In this document: positions 1 to 11,330 of the stretch, piece after piece
Numbering within the stretch: the stretch's first letter is position 1
Layout of the letters: each line of letters opens with the position of its first letter
Assembly: GCA_963769025.1 (NCBI GenBank)
Contig: CAVYKI010000007.1
Location: 1-33,747 of the forward strand
Direction: 5' to 3'
Source: an uncultured Verrucomicrobiae bacterium
GTDB lineage: Bacteria; Verrucomicrobiota; Verrucomicrobiia; Chthoniobacterales; Chthoniobacteraceae
Length of the DNA: 33,747 nucleotides
The notes under the pieces: generated by a model
Databases searched by the model: none
What the model saw: only the letters and a program-made list of their open reading frames with translations
What the model was told of the DNA's origin: nothing
Program-made: the position numbers and the translations under genes

Positions 1-1
1 G

Positions 2-67
2 CAGAGCACCGCGAGGGCCGATGACTTCCTCTACAACGGCTTCCTCACCGTCACGCTCCAGTACTGA
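2..67 (+). CDS. 3' end of upstream gene (partial), probable outer-membrane beta-barrel protein
   Basis: Frame 2 reads QSTARADDFLYNGFLTVTLQY-stop. The alternating hydrophobic residues and terminal aromatic resemble a beta-signal. TGA (65-67) overlaps the next ATG (TGATG). Confidence 0.5.
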   Translation, partial: QSTARADDFLYNGFLTVTLQY

Positions 68-3000
68 TGCGCCGCATTCCGCCATTCCTGATCGCCGTAG
101 CGTGCGTCGCGGTCGCTTTGCCGCTCGTGCTGCTGCACGCGCAGGAAGGCCTCGGTCCGCCGACTTCGTCCTCGAGCGCAACGCAGCTTCCACCGCTTCC
201 CGCTCCTGTGCCGGACGACGTCGCACCCGCATTGCCGCCGCCTCCGGGAGCCGCCGCGGGAGTCGGGCCGCCGACCTCGGCGGGCGCCCATCCGGTCCCG
301 CAACTGCCGGGCGCAAGGCAGCACCCCGGCATGGATTCCACAGCGGAAAGGTTGCTGGGCGCGGGGCTCGGCCCGCCGGTGTCCGCGCGTCCGGATAAGG
401 TTTCCGCGTCGCGTCCGCCGCGCAACTGGATCGACCAGACGCGGGAGAAGGCGAACCGGAAAAGCGCGGGCTGCATGGAGTGCCACACGACGACCGATGC
501 GCACACGATGCACGCTTCGCCGAACGTCGTGCTCGGCTGCACCGATTGCCACGGCGGCAATCCCGCGGCGCGGGCTCGCCATCGAGCGAGGCGCATGTGC
601 AGCCGCGGAATCCCGGAGTTCTGGCAGACCTCCGCGAATCCGCCGAACTCGACCGTCGCGCTCAATCACGAGTCGCCGGAGTTCATCCGGTTCGTGAATC
701 CCGGCGACCTGCGCGTGGCGAAGAAGGCGTGCGGCCTGTGCCACGGCGACATCGTGGAGCGCGTCGGCCACTCGATGATGAATCACGGCGCGATGCTCTG
801 GAATGCGGCGGCCTACAACAACGGCGCGATCAACGTCAAGGACGCCGATCGTCGGCCAGGCCTACGGCGCGGACGGCATCCCGCTGCGAGCTTGAACAAT
901 CCGTTCAAGCCGACCGCCGGAGGAGACGCGCCAGCTCGGCATCCTGCCGTCGCTCGTGCCGCTGCCTCGCTTCAATCGGAGCCAGCCGGGCAACATCTTC
1001 CGCATCTTCGAAAAGGGCGGGTTCGAGCCGCTGCAACTCGGCATCCCGACGCTCGACGAGCCGCCCGGCAAGCCCGAGCGCCGCCTTTCGCCGCGCGGTC
1101 TCGGCACGCTGAACCGCACCGATCCGATCTTCCTCGGCGCGCAAAAAACGCGGCTGCACGATCCGCTGCTCGGCTTCATGGGCTCGAACGATCGGCCCGG
1201 CGACTACCGCTCGCAGCGGCTGCACCGCCTGCCACGTGGTCTATGCGAACGATCGCTCGCCGACGAACTCCGGCTGGTGGTCGCAAGTTCGGCCACCAGG
1301 GGCTGAGCTTCTCCAAGGATCCGACCATTTCGAAGAACGAGCGCGGGCATCCGATCATGCACCAGTTCACCCGCGTCGATCCCGTCGCGCCAGTGCATGA
1401 ACTGCCACATGCATCAGGGGAATCTGCTTCGTGAATCCTTATCCTCGGCTACACGTGGTGGGATCAGGAGACGGACGGCGAGCACATGTATCCGAAGGAG
1501 CAGCACGATCCCGACGGACGACGAGCTGGTTCGCGCGACGGTGCAGAATCCCGAGGCGGCGGCGGCGCGCGGGCTGTGGGGCAATCAGCGACTTTCTCGA
1601 GAAGGTCGCGGAGCTGAATCCGAAGCTGAAGCACACGCAGTTCGCCGATTACCACGGCCACGGCTGGGTCTTCCGCGCGGTCTTCAAGAAGGACCAAAAA
1701 GGGCAACCTGCTCGACCTCGAGGACAAGATCGTCGCGCACGGCGACTTCAAGAACGCGCGGTGCATCTCAAGGACATCCACCTCGCAAAAGGGAATGCAG
1801 TGCGTGGACTGCCATTTCGACGTGGACGTGCACGGCAACGGCCTGCTCTACGGCGAGCCGCGCAACGCCACGACGATCATGTGCATCGATTGCCACGGCA
1901 CGATCGAACGCCGCGGCCGACGCTGATGACGAGCGGCGCCGGCGGCCGACTGGGACGCCGAAGGACCGGCGCAAGATCGCGCCGGTCGATCTCGCGAAGA
2001 TCGATCACGCCGTGGAAGCCGCGCTTCGAGTGGGAGGATGCGGCCGATCAAGCTGCAGTCGCGCGAAGACACGGTGCCGATGCGTTTTCAGAACTCGACG
2101 ATGTCACCGACGCGTGGGAGGTGCCGCAGACGATCGACGTGATCGATCCGGCCTCGCCGCGCTACAACGCGAAGGCGCGCTACGCGAAGACGCTGCAGCG
2201 CGACGGCGACGACGTGGGGCGACGGTGCCCGATCGCCGCGAGGAATGCGCGCAAGCAGCTCGCGCACAGCAACGAAACGATGGACTGCCAGATCTGCCAC
2301 ACGCTCGTGGGCGACGAGTTGCTTCGGCTGCCACCTGCCGATGAAGGCGAACCAGCGCGTGCCGCAGAACAAATACGAGGGCGCGCTCGACCGCAATTTC
2401 ACGACCTACAATCCGCAGGTCGTGCGCGACGACGTCTTCCTGCTCGGCATCGACGGCACGGTGAAAAAGAACCGCATGGCGGTGATCCGTTCCTCGAGCG
2501 CGGTGGTGGTCGGCTCGCAGAATGCGAATCGCGAATGGGTCTATTCGCAGCAGCAGACGGTGAGCGCGCGAGGGCTACAGCGGGCCAGGCTTTCAATCCG
2601 CATTTCCCGCACACCACGAGCGGCAAGGGGCACGACGAAGAGCTGCACCGATTGCCATCTCTCCAAGGCGAACGACAACAACGCGTGGATGACGTCAGCT
2701 GCTCGGCTTCGGCACGGGCACGGTGAATTTCTTCGGCCGCTACGCCTGGGTCGGCGGCGAAGGGCGATCTGCACGGCGTCATCTGGACGGAGGCGGAGGA
2801 GCCGCAGGCGGCGATCGGCAGCTCGTTCCACAAGATCGCGTATCCGCGGAACTTCGCAGGAGCACGTCGCGCGAACGGCCGCGAAGCTGCAAGACGGCGC
2901 TATCGAGCATCACGCGAAGGAGATCAACGACCTGACGCTGCGCGGCGAGTATCTCTACACCGCGAACGGCCCGGCGGGCTTCGAGGTCTTCGACGTCGCG

Positions 3001-4242
3001 AACATCGATCAGAAGGGCTTTCAGCGAGCGCATCGTCAGCGCGCCGGTTTCGCCGCTCGGGCCAGCGGACCTATGTGCGCACGAAGTTCGCCACGTCGGT
3101 CGCGCTGCCGAGCACGCTGTTGAACGATCCGATGCGCATGCGCTGCCGGTGAATGAGGAGCAGCCGATCCATCCGATCTACGGCTACGTCTTCGTCACCG
3201 ATCGCGAGGAGGGGCTCGTGGTCGTGAATGTCGCACCGCTGCTCGACGGCAACCCGGAGAATAATTTCCTCCGCCGCGCGAAGCTGAGGACGACACGGGC
3301 GACGATCGGCGACACTTCAATCCCGGACGGCAAGCTGACCGGCGCGGAGTACGCGGTCTGCGCCGGGCATCGCGTTTATGTCTGCACGCCGCGCGGCCTG
3401 GCCGTGGTCGACGTGAACAAGCCGGAGCAGCCCGCGCCTCGTCGGCGAACTGGCCGGCGGCTTCCTGCGCAACCCGCGCGCGATCACGATCCAGTTCCGC
3501 TACGCCTTCGTCACCGATGACGACGGCCTGAAGGTCATCGACCTCGCCGATCCCGAGCGTCCGCGCGCCAGTCCCCGGCGCGACCGTGCGGCTGCGCGCA
3601 CGCGCAGCAAGCTCTACGTCGCGCGCACCTACGCCTACGTCGCGAACGGCGCGGAAGGACTCGCGATCATCGACATCGAGAATCCCGAGCGGCCGCGGCT
3701 CGACCAGATGTTCAACGCGGACGGCGCAGATGAACGACACGCACGCCGTGCAGATCGGCTCGGTCGCCGCGTCGATGTATGCGCTCGTCGCCGACGGGAA
3801 AAACGGGCTGCGCGTCCTGCAGCTGATTTCGCCCGACACCGTCGAGGGCGCCGCCGGATTCAGCCCGCGCCCGTCGCCGCGGCTCATCGCCACCTATCCC
3901 ACGCAAGCACGCCGACGCTCGCCGTCTCGCGCGGGCTCGATCGCGATCGCGTGGTGGATGAGACCGGCGACCAGACCGTCGTCTTCGGCCGCCGCGGCTC
4001 GCGTCCGTTCCATCTCGACGAAATGCGCCCGTTCCTCCGGCACTCGCGACGGTACGCTCTACCGCGTCGAGGATGTCTCCTCGAAGGACGGCAAGCTCGT
4101 CACCAAATCCGGCCGCGAGCTCAAACCGTCGCCAACGCCGCAAGCTCCCGCGCCGCCGAATCCCGGGGCCACCACGGACATCGGCGCCCTGCCGCGCAAA
4201 CCGGCCGGGCCGCGTGCCGAAGCCGGCCCGGCATTCCGGTGA
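67..4242 (+). CDS. Secreted multiheme cytochrome c (10 CxxCH) fused to a C-terminal LVIVD-repeat beta-propeller; heavily frameshifted in this sequence
   Basis: Signal peptide ([25 protein letters not shown]) and Pro-rich linker. CxxCH at 472, 538, 730, 1221, 1394, 1801, 1882, 2286, 2320, 2644. LVIVD-like blades such as [81 protein letters not shown]. Coding signal hops among + frames and ends at TGA 4242. Confidence 0.8.
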
Positions 4243-4251
4243 GATCGCCGC

Positions 4252-4947
4252 TCACTTCTCCGGTGAGCCGATGCGATTCCGGATCGCTTCATTCCATCTC
4301 GCCCAGTCGTTGCCGAAATCCTGCCTGAGCAGGAACTGCAAATTCTCGCGGGCGTTTTGCGAATAGGGGTGCTTCGGGTCCTGCGCGATCGTGACGAGGA
4401 TGGGCAGCGCGATCGAGTCGGGGCGCTGCATGAGGTCCGCGAAAAGCACGCTCATCGCCATCCCGTGCGTCTGCGGAGCAATCAGCGTCGGGCGCAGTGC
4501 GGTCGCGTAGTCGGCATCGGGCAGTCGGGTGACCGCTTCCTCCGCCGCGCGTGCGAGCCCCTCGGGTGGGAGGCGGGGCAGCATCGCGATCAAGGCCCGC
4601 GCCTTGGCCGTGTCGGACAGATCGGTGCGGCCGCTCACTGCTTCGATGGTCTTTTCCCACGGCGCACCGTTCCGGCCTGTGAGCGGGATCGGTGCGAGAC
4701 CTTGCACGTTCAGTGTCACGCCGGGCTCAGCTCCGGGCGGATTCTTGGAAAGGGTGCCCGTCGTGCCGTCGTTCTGGATTTCGTCGGCGGAAGACACGCG
4801 GCTCTCCTCCGGATGTGGCCGAGTCTGCGGGGCGGGCTCCGGTGGCGCGCCGTCGGTTGCAGCGTCGTGTCTGGTGCGCGCGAATCGAAAACTCAGCAGC
4901 ACAGCGGCCACCGCGATCACGGAGCACGCAACGACAAGGCTCTTCAC
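4252..4947 (-). CDS. Hypothetical membrane-anchored or secreted protein with helical C-terminal domain
   Basis: 231-aa ORF with N-terminal hydrophobic segment (MKSLVVACSVIAVAAVLLSF), low-complexity linker and amphipathic helical C-terminus. It fills the gap between neighbouring genes. Confidence 0.7.
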   Translation of the reverse strand: MKSLVVACSVIAVAAVLLSFRFARTRHDAATDGAPPEPAPQTRPHPEESRVSSADEIQNDGTTGTLSKNPPGAEPGVTLNVQGLAPIPLTGRNGAPWEKTIEAVSGRTDLSDTAKARALIAMLPRLPPEGLARAAEEAVTRLPDADYATALRPTLIAPQTHGMAMSVLFADLMQRPDSIALPILVTIAQDPKHPYSQNARENLQFLLRQDFGNDWARWNEAIRNRIGSPEK

Positions 4948-5031
4948 TTGCGAAAGGCCGGGAGGTTGTAACGCGGATTGCCAAAAGGCAGGGCCCGCGG
5001 CGTGATTTTTTCTGCGGTCATCGGCTCGACG

Positions 5032-7746
5032 TTAATTGCGTGGAGCCGCTTGGTCTCCTGGCTCGCCGCCAGCGGACGTCGGCGCACCGGAAGCCGCGCG
5101 TTGCGCCCGCCGTTCCGCGTGTTGCTCCAGGAGATCGGCCGTGAGTCCGGTCCAGCCGGTTTGGTGGCAAGCGCCCAGCCCCGAACCGTCGTCCGCATGG
5201 AAATACTCGTGAAACCAAATCCTGTCCTTCCAGTCGGGCTTTTGGAAAAGGCCCCGATCGCGTCCTTGAAAGGCGCGGCTGCCGTCGTCGCTTTTGAGGA
5301 AAAGTGAATTCAACCGCTTGGCGAGGTAGTCGGCGGTTTCCCCCAGCGTCAGCATTTTCCCGCTCCCCGTCGGGCATTCCACCTTGAAGTCGTCGCCGTA
5401 GTAGTGGTGAAACTTTTGCAGCGACTCGATGAACAGGTAATTGATCGGAAACCACACCGGCCCGCGCCAGTTCGAGTTTCCTCCGAACAGCGAAGTCTGC
5501 CCCTCGCCCGGCTCGTAGTCGACGCGATACGTCGTTCCGTCGCACCACGAATTCATACGGATGATCCGCGTGAAATTTACTGACGGACCGGATGCCGAAC
5601 GGGCTCAGGAATTCCCCCGGGTCGAGCATGCGCGTGAGCAGTTGCCTCATCCGCATGTCGTGCACGAGTGCGATGAGCCGCCGGTTGCCGAGACCGGGAA
5701 TCTCGTAGTGGGCCACGAGTTTCGTGAGGTCGGGCCGGTCGTTCAGATACCACTCCAGGCGCGCCTTGAATCCCGGCAGTTCGTCGAGCTCCTCGGGCTC
5801 AAGCGTCTCGACCGCGAGCAGCGGCATGAGACCCACCAGCGAGCGAAGCCGGAGCGGCAGCCTTTCCCCGTGCGGCAGATGCAGCACGTCGTAGAAGAAC
5901 TCATCCTTCTCGTCCCAGAGATGCAGCGAATTCAGCGCATGCGCGATTCCCAGGAAGTGCTCGAAGAACTTCGTCGCGATGTTCTCGTACACGGGATTTT
6001 TGCGCGCCAGCTCCAGCGCGATCTTCATCATGTTCACGCTGAACATCCCCATCCAGCTCGTGCCGTCGCTTTGCTCCAGGTGTCCCGCCGGTCGGCAGCG
6101 GCGCGCTGCGGTCGAAGACGCCGATGTTATCCAGCCCGAGGAAGCCGCCCTGGAAGATGTTCTTCCCCTCGGAGTCCTTGCGGTTCACCCACCAGGTGAA
6201 GTTCAGCATCAGCTTGTGAAAGACCGTCTCCAGAAAGGCGATGTCGCCCTTTCCCCGACGCGCCTCCTCCATCTTGTAAACTTTCCACGCCGCCCACGCG
6301 AAGACCGGCGGATTCACGTCGCTGAAATTCCATTCGTAGGCGGGAATCTGTCCGTTCGGGTGCTGATACCACTCGCGCGTCAGCAGATCGAGCTGGCTCT
6401 TGGCAAATGCCGGATCGATGAGCGCGATGGGGACGCAATGGAACGCCAGATCCCACGCCGCATACCACGGATATTCCCACGGGTCCGGCATCGACATCAC
6501 GCGCTCGTTGTAAAGGTGCCGCCATTCCCAATTCCGCCCGCGCTGCCTGCTTTCCGGCGGTTTCGGCAATCCGGGATCTCCCTCCAGCCAGTCCTCGACG
6601 ATGTAGTGGAAGAACTGCTTCGACCACATCATCCCCGCGAGCGCCTGCCGATGGACGAGGCGTTCGTCCGGCTTCATCAGCGGCGACTGCACCGCCGCGT
6701 AGAACTCGTCCGCCTCGCGGATGCGCGTTTTGAAAACGGCATCAAAATCGCCAAACGGATCCGCCGATCGTTCCGTGTCCGGTCCCGTGAGGCGGATGCG
6801 CACTTCGTACTGCTCCCCCGGCTTGAGCACGTGGTGAAAGACCGCCGCCGCCTTCGTCCCCGCCTGCGCGGGATTCACCGCTCCGGCGTCATTTTGGATG
6901 ATCCGCCGGTGAAAGGCGTCCTTCGTGTATTCCGACGCATTCGCGCTGCCGTAGAGGTGGCGGTTGTTCGTCTCGTTTTCGCAAAACATCCAGTCCTGCG
7001 CGCCATCCGCATGCAGATCGTAATCCCCGATCGCGTCGTGCGAACTCCTGACAAATGCGCGCCCCGCCGTCGTGTTCGAGTTTCATCCCCGGCTTCGCGG
7101 CATTCCTCCCCCAGCTCCACGTGTTCCGGAACCACAGCGTCGGCAGCACGTGGATCGGCGCCGCGTCCGGCCCCATGTTGCGCACGGTGATGCGGCACAG
7201 GATGTCGTCCGGCGCCGCTTTCGCGTATTCGATGTCGATGTCGAAGTAGCGGTCCTCCGCAAAGACGCCCGTGTCCCACAGTTCGAACTCCGGCTCCATG
7301 CGCGACCGCCTGCCATTCTCCGCGATCAGCGCCGCGTAGGGGAACGCCGCCTGCGGATACTTGTAATTCATCTTCAGGTAGCTGTGCGTCGGCGTGCTAT
7401 CGAGGTAGAAGTACACCTCCTTCACGTCCTCGCCGTGATTCCCCTCCGCGCCCGTCAGCCCGAACATCCTCTCCTTCAGGATCGCATCCTTCCCGTTCCA
7501 AAACGCCAGCGCGAAGCAAAGCCGCTGCTTGTCGTCGCTGATTCCCCCGATGCCATCCTCACCCCACCGGTAGGCCTTGTACCGCGCATGCTCGTGCGGA
7601 AAGTAACCCCACGCATTGCCATCCGCGCTGTAGTCCTCGCGCACCGTCGCCCAAGCCCGCTCGCTCAGGTAAGGCCCGAAAAGCATCCACGCCTCCTTCC
7701 CGTCCTCGGAAAGTCGGAGCCTGGTCTCTTCGGTGGGTTGTGACAT
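5032..7746 (-). CDS. MGH1-like/GH63 glycoside hydrolase (glucosidase), frameshifted
   Basis: Motifs [102 protein letters not shown] lie in four consecutive ORFs (shifts near 7030, 6090, 5540). ATG at 7746 (MSQPTEE). Confidence 0.9.
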
Positions 7747-7997
7747 CGGATGAAACGCGTGCAGCCCCAAGGCATCCAAGGAGCCGGATGCACCCAAGCT
7801 CTCAGTTTCCCCCCACGCGTGGAAGCTGTTTATGGGAGCGGGGCGATGGAGGAGAGCAGATGGAGAATGGCAAAGCTGGAAGTGTCGCAGTGCGCGGGAC
7901 GGGCGGGGCGGAGGAGATGCTTGCCTTCGAGGGCGGGGGGCTCAAGTTGAGTCACGCAAATCGCGAACGCGATGCAGGTGCACATCCAATCATCGAA

Positions 7998-8804
7998 ATG
8001 AAAGCAGGAGCTGCAATCCGGGAGGAACTCGACAACGCGATCCTCGATTTTCTGGGCGAGCGCGGGAAGGCGCTCTACCGGAAGCTCGCGGACGATCCGC
8101 TCATCCGGGCGTGGCAGGACCAGTCGAACCACGTCTCGATCCTCCGGCTCGGCTACAATGATCACGGGCCGGTCCACATGCGGATCGTCGCGCTGCATTC
8201 GCTGAAGATCCTCGGCTTCCTCCGCGACGGCGGCATCCAGCCAAGCATCGTCTTTGAAAAGCTCGGCACCTTCGAGGATGGACAGGTGATCCTGCTGCTC
8301 TCGGCGATGCTGCACGATCTCGGGATGGCGGTGGCGCGGCAGCGGCACGAGTGGCATTCGCTCATCATCGGCATGCGCTTCGTGGAGCGGTATCTCGCGG
8401 AGTTTTACCCGAATGATTTCGAGAAGCAGGTCGCCATGACGGCGATGGTGCAGGAGGGGATCGTCGGCCACATGGGGCAGGAGAAAATCCACTCCATCGA
8501 GGCCGGCACCGTGCTCGTGGCGGACGGGACGGACATGACGAAGGGCCGCGCGCGGCTCGCGAGGGGGCTCTCGGTGAAGCCGGTCATCGGCGACATGCAC
8601 CGGCATTCGGCGAACGCGATCCGCGAGGTCGTGATCGAAAAGGGCCAGGAGCGGTGCGTGCACATCAATGTGCGCATGGACGATTACGCCGGCATTTTCC
8701 AAGTGGAGGAAGTCCTCATGGGAAAGCTGGCGCAGTCGCCGATCCGGGATTTCGTCGAGCTGAGCGTCGCCGTGCGCGACGAGCCGCTGCGGCGCTATCT
8801 GTAG
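7998..8804 (+). CDS. HD-domain metal-dependent phosphohydrolase
   Basis: YNDHGPVH...LHDLG...H...ADGTD metal-binding pattern. Start at 7998 (MKAGAAIREE) is my choice within the longer ORF. Confidence 0.85.
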   Translation: MKAGAAIREELDNAILDFLGERGKALYRKLADDPLIRAWQDQSNHVSILRLGYNDHGPVHMRIVALHSLKILGFLRDGGIQPSIVFEKLGTFEDGQVILLLSAMLHDLGMAVARQRHEWHSLIIGMRFVERYLAEFYPNDFEKQVAMTAMVQEGIVGHMGQEKIHSIEAGTVLVADGTDMTKGRARLARGLSVKPVIGDMHRHSANAIREVVIEKGQERCVHINVRMDDYAGIFQVEEVLMGKLAQSPIRDFVELSVAVRDEPLRRYL

Positions 8805-8830
8805 CCGCTATGTAACCGCGAAGGGGACGC

Positions 8831-9907
8831 CTATGCGTTCCGGTTCACGCAGTTCAGATCCTCGAACGACGTGAGGAGCCGCTTGGTGGCGGATTCCTCG
8901 CCGGCGCCGAGCCAGGTGCGCGGGTCGTAGAATTTTTTGTTCGGCGCGTCGGGGCCCTTCGGGTTTCCGATCTGGCCCTGAAGGTAGTCGCGGTTCTTCG
9001 CCTCGTAGGCGCGGACGCCGTCCCAGAATGCCCACTGCACATCGGTGTCGAGGTTCATCTTGATCGCGCCGTAGCTGATGGCTTCGCGGATTTCCTCGCG
9101 CGTCGAGCCGGAGCCGCCGTGGAAGACGAAGTTCACCGGCTTGGGCCCGGTGCCGAGCTTCTTCTCAATGTACTCCTGCGAGTCGCGCAGGATGGTGGGC
9201 TTGAGCTTCACGTTGCCGGGCTTGTACACGCCGTGCACGTTTCCGAACGCGGCGGCGATGGTGAAGTCCGGGCTGATTTTGATGAGCGTGGAGTAGGCTT
9301 CCGCGACTTCCTCGGGCTTCGTGTAGAGGCTGGATTCCTCGACGCCGGAATTGTCCACGCCGTCCTCTTCGCCGCCGGTCACGCCGAGTTCGATTTCGAG
9401 CGTCATGCCGAGCTTGGCCATGCGGGCGAGATACTTTGCGCAGATCTCGAGGTTCTCGTGCAGCGGTTCCTCGGAAAGGTCGAGCATGTGCGAGCTGTAG
9501 AGCGGCTGTCCGGTCCTCGCGAACTGCTCCTCGCTCGCCTCGAGCATTCCGTCCACCCACGGGAGCAGCTTCTTCGCGCAATGGTCGGTGTTCAGGATGA
9601 CGGGCACGCCGTAGGCCTTCGCCGCGGCGTCCACGTACTGCGCGCCGGCGATGCCGCCGAGGATGGGCCCGCGCTGGTTGTCGCCCTTGACCGTCTTGCC
9701 GATGAAGAACTGCGCGCCGCCGTTCGAGAACTGAATCATCGTGGGGGAATTCAGTTCGCGAGCGGCCGCGAGGGTGGCGTTGACGGAGTTGGTGCCGATG
9801 CAATTGATGGCCGGGAGCGCAAACCCAGTGGCCTTGGCGTAGTCGAGGAGTTCCTTCACTTCGGCTCCGAAGAGCACGCCGGCACGGAAACGTTTTTTGT
9901 CAGACAT
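8831..9907 (-). CDS. fbaA: Class II fructose-bisphosphate aldolase (E. coli FbaA type)
   Basis: NTDHCAKKLLPW, SSHMLDLSEE, EIELGVTGGEEDGVDN, FGNVHGVYKPGNV, FVFHGGSGS, KMNLDTD, PNKKFYDPR. Confidence 0.95.
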   Translation of the reverse strand: MSDKKRFRAGVLFGAEVKELLDYAKATGFALPAINCIGTNSVNATLAAARELNSPTMIQFSNGGAQFFIGKTVKGDNQRGPILGGIAGAQYVDAAAKAYGVPVILNTDHCAKKLLPWVDGMLEASEEQFARTGQPLYSSHMLDLSEEPLHENLEICAKYLARMAKLGMTLEIELGVTGGEEDGVDNSGVEESSLYTKPEEVAEAYSTLIKISPDFTIAAAFGNVHGVYKPGNVKLKPTILRDSQEYIEKKLGTGPKPVNFVFHGGSGSTREEIREAISYGAIKMNLDTDVQWAFWDGVRAYEAKNRDYLQGQIGNPKGPDAPNKKFYDPRTWLGAGEESATKRLLTSFEDLNCVNRNA

Positions 9908-10052
9908 GATGTGTGTGTGGATGTGTGTTGGCTGCGGAAAGGGGGCGAACATTGCGGCAAAACGGAGGGGGGACAACTCGAATTGCGGGGCGTTTTTCAC
10001 CGCGAGGCGAATCTGCGTTTGTCCTCCCGCCGCCGTGCCGTCATCCTGCGGC

Positions 10053-11309
10053 ATGGATCTCTACCGGCATCCCGTTTTCGACATGGCGTGCCACCAGTTC
10101 GATCTGGTGGCGGATCACCTGGAAATCCCGGAGGCCTTCCGCGACCGGCTGAAGTACCCGAAGCGCGCGCTGGCCGTGGCGATTCCCATCCATCGCGAGG
10201 ACGGAAGCGCCGCGGTCTTCACCGGATACCGCGTGCAGCATCATCTCGCGCTCGGCCCGACGAAGGGCGGCGTGCGCTACCACCCGGACGTCACCATCGG
10301 CGAAATCGCCGCGCTCGCGATGTGGATGAGCTGGAAGTGCGCGCTCGCGGGCCTGCCCTACGGTGGGGCAAAGGGCGGCGTGACCTGCGACCCGCACAAC
10401 CTGACCCCGCTCGAACTCGAACGCATCACGCGCCGCTACACGCAGGAGATCATTCCATTCATCGGTCCGCAGACGGACATCCCCGCGCCCGACATGGGCA
10501 CGAACGAGCAGACCATGGCGTGGATGATGGACACGTATTCCGTGCACATGGGCTACAGCGTGCCGGGCGTCGTCACCGGCAAGCCCGTGAACCTCGGCGG
10601 TTCGCTCGGCCGCCGCGAGGCCACCGGCCGCGGCGTGGGATATCTCATCAACCGCGCGATGGACGTGCTGAAGATGGACCCGACGAAGGCCACGGCGGTC
10701 GTGCAGGGCTTTGGCAATGTCGGCTCGGTCGCCGCGCACTCGCTCTCGCGCTACGGCATGAAGGTCACCGCCATCAGCGATTTTCACGGCGCGATTTTCA
10801 ACGCCAAGGGGCTCGACATCACCGCGCTCGAACACCACGTCGCCACCACGCGCACGGTGAAGGGTTTCGCCGGAGCGGAGGAGATTCCCCACGCGGCGCT
10901 GCTGGAACTGCCGTGCGACATCCTCGCGCCGTGCGCGCTGGAGCGGCAGATCACCGCGGAAAATGCGCCGCGGCTCAAATGCCGCGTCCTCGCCGAGGGC
11001 GCGAACGGCCCCACCACGCCGGAGGCGGACGTCATCCTCGCGCAGCGCGGCGACGTCTTCGTCATTCCCGACATCCTGTGCAACGCCGGAGGCGTCGTGG
11101 CGTCGTACTTTGAATGGGTGCAGGATCTCCAGAGCTTCTTCTGGTCCGAGTCCGAGGTGACGGACAAATTGTTCCGCATCCTCGAGGGCGCGTTCACGCA
11201 GACGCTGCACATGAGCCGCAAGCAAAACATCTCGATGCGGTTCGCCGCGCTGAGCCTCGGAATCAAGCGCGTCTTCGACGCGAAAAAGTTGCGCGGACTT
11301 TTCCCCTGA
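10053..11309 (+). CDS. gdhA: Glu/Leu/Phe/Val dehydrogenase (glutamate dehydrogenase)
   Basis: GPTKGGVRYHP, MSWKCA, GGAKGG, DIPAPDMGT, GGSLGRREATGRG, QGFGNVG, EGANGPTT, NAGGVVASYFEWVQ. Confidence 0.93.
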   Translation: MDLYRHPVFDMACHQFDLVADHLEIPEAFRDRLKYPKRALAVAIPIHREDGSAAVFTGYRVQHHLALGPTKGGVRYHPDVTIGEIAALAMWMSWKCALAGLPYGGAKGGVTCDPHNLTPLELERITRRYTQEIIPFIGPQTDIPAPDMGTNEQTMAWMMDTYSVHMGYSVPGVVTGKPVNLGGSLGRREATGRGVGYLINRAMDVLKMDPTKATAVVQGFGNVGSVAAHSLSRYGMKVTAISDFHGAIFNAKGLDITALEHHVATTRTVKGFAGAEEIPHAALLELPCDILAPCALERQITAENAPRLKCRVLAEGANGPTTPEADVILAQRGDVFVIPDILCNAGGVVASYFEWVQDLQSFFWSESEVTDKLFRILEGAFTQTLHMSRKQNISMRFAALSLGIKRVFDAKKLRGLFP

Positions 11310-11330
11310 GCGCGAGGGACGCCGTTGCGC

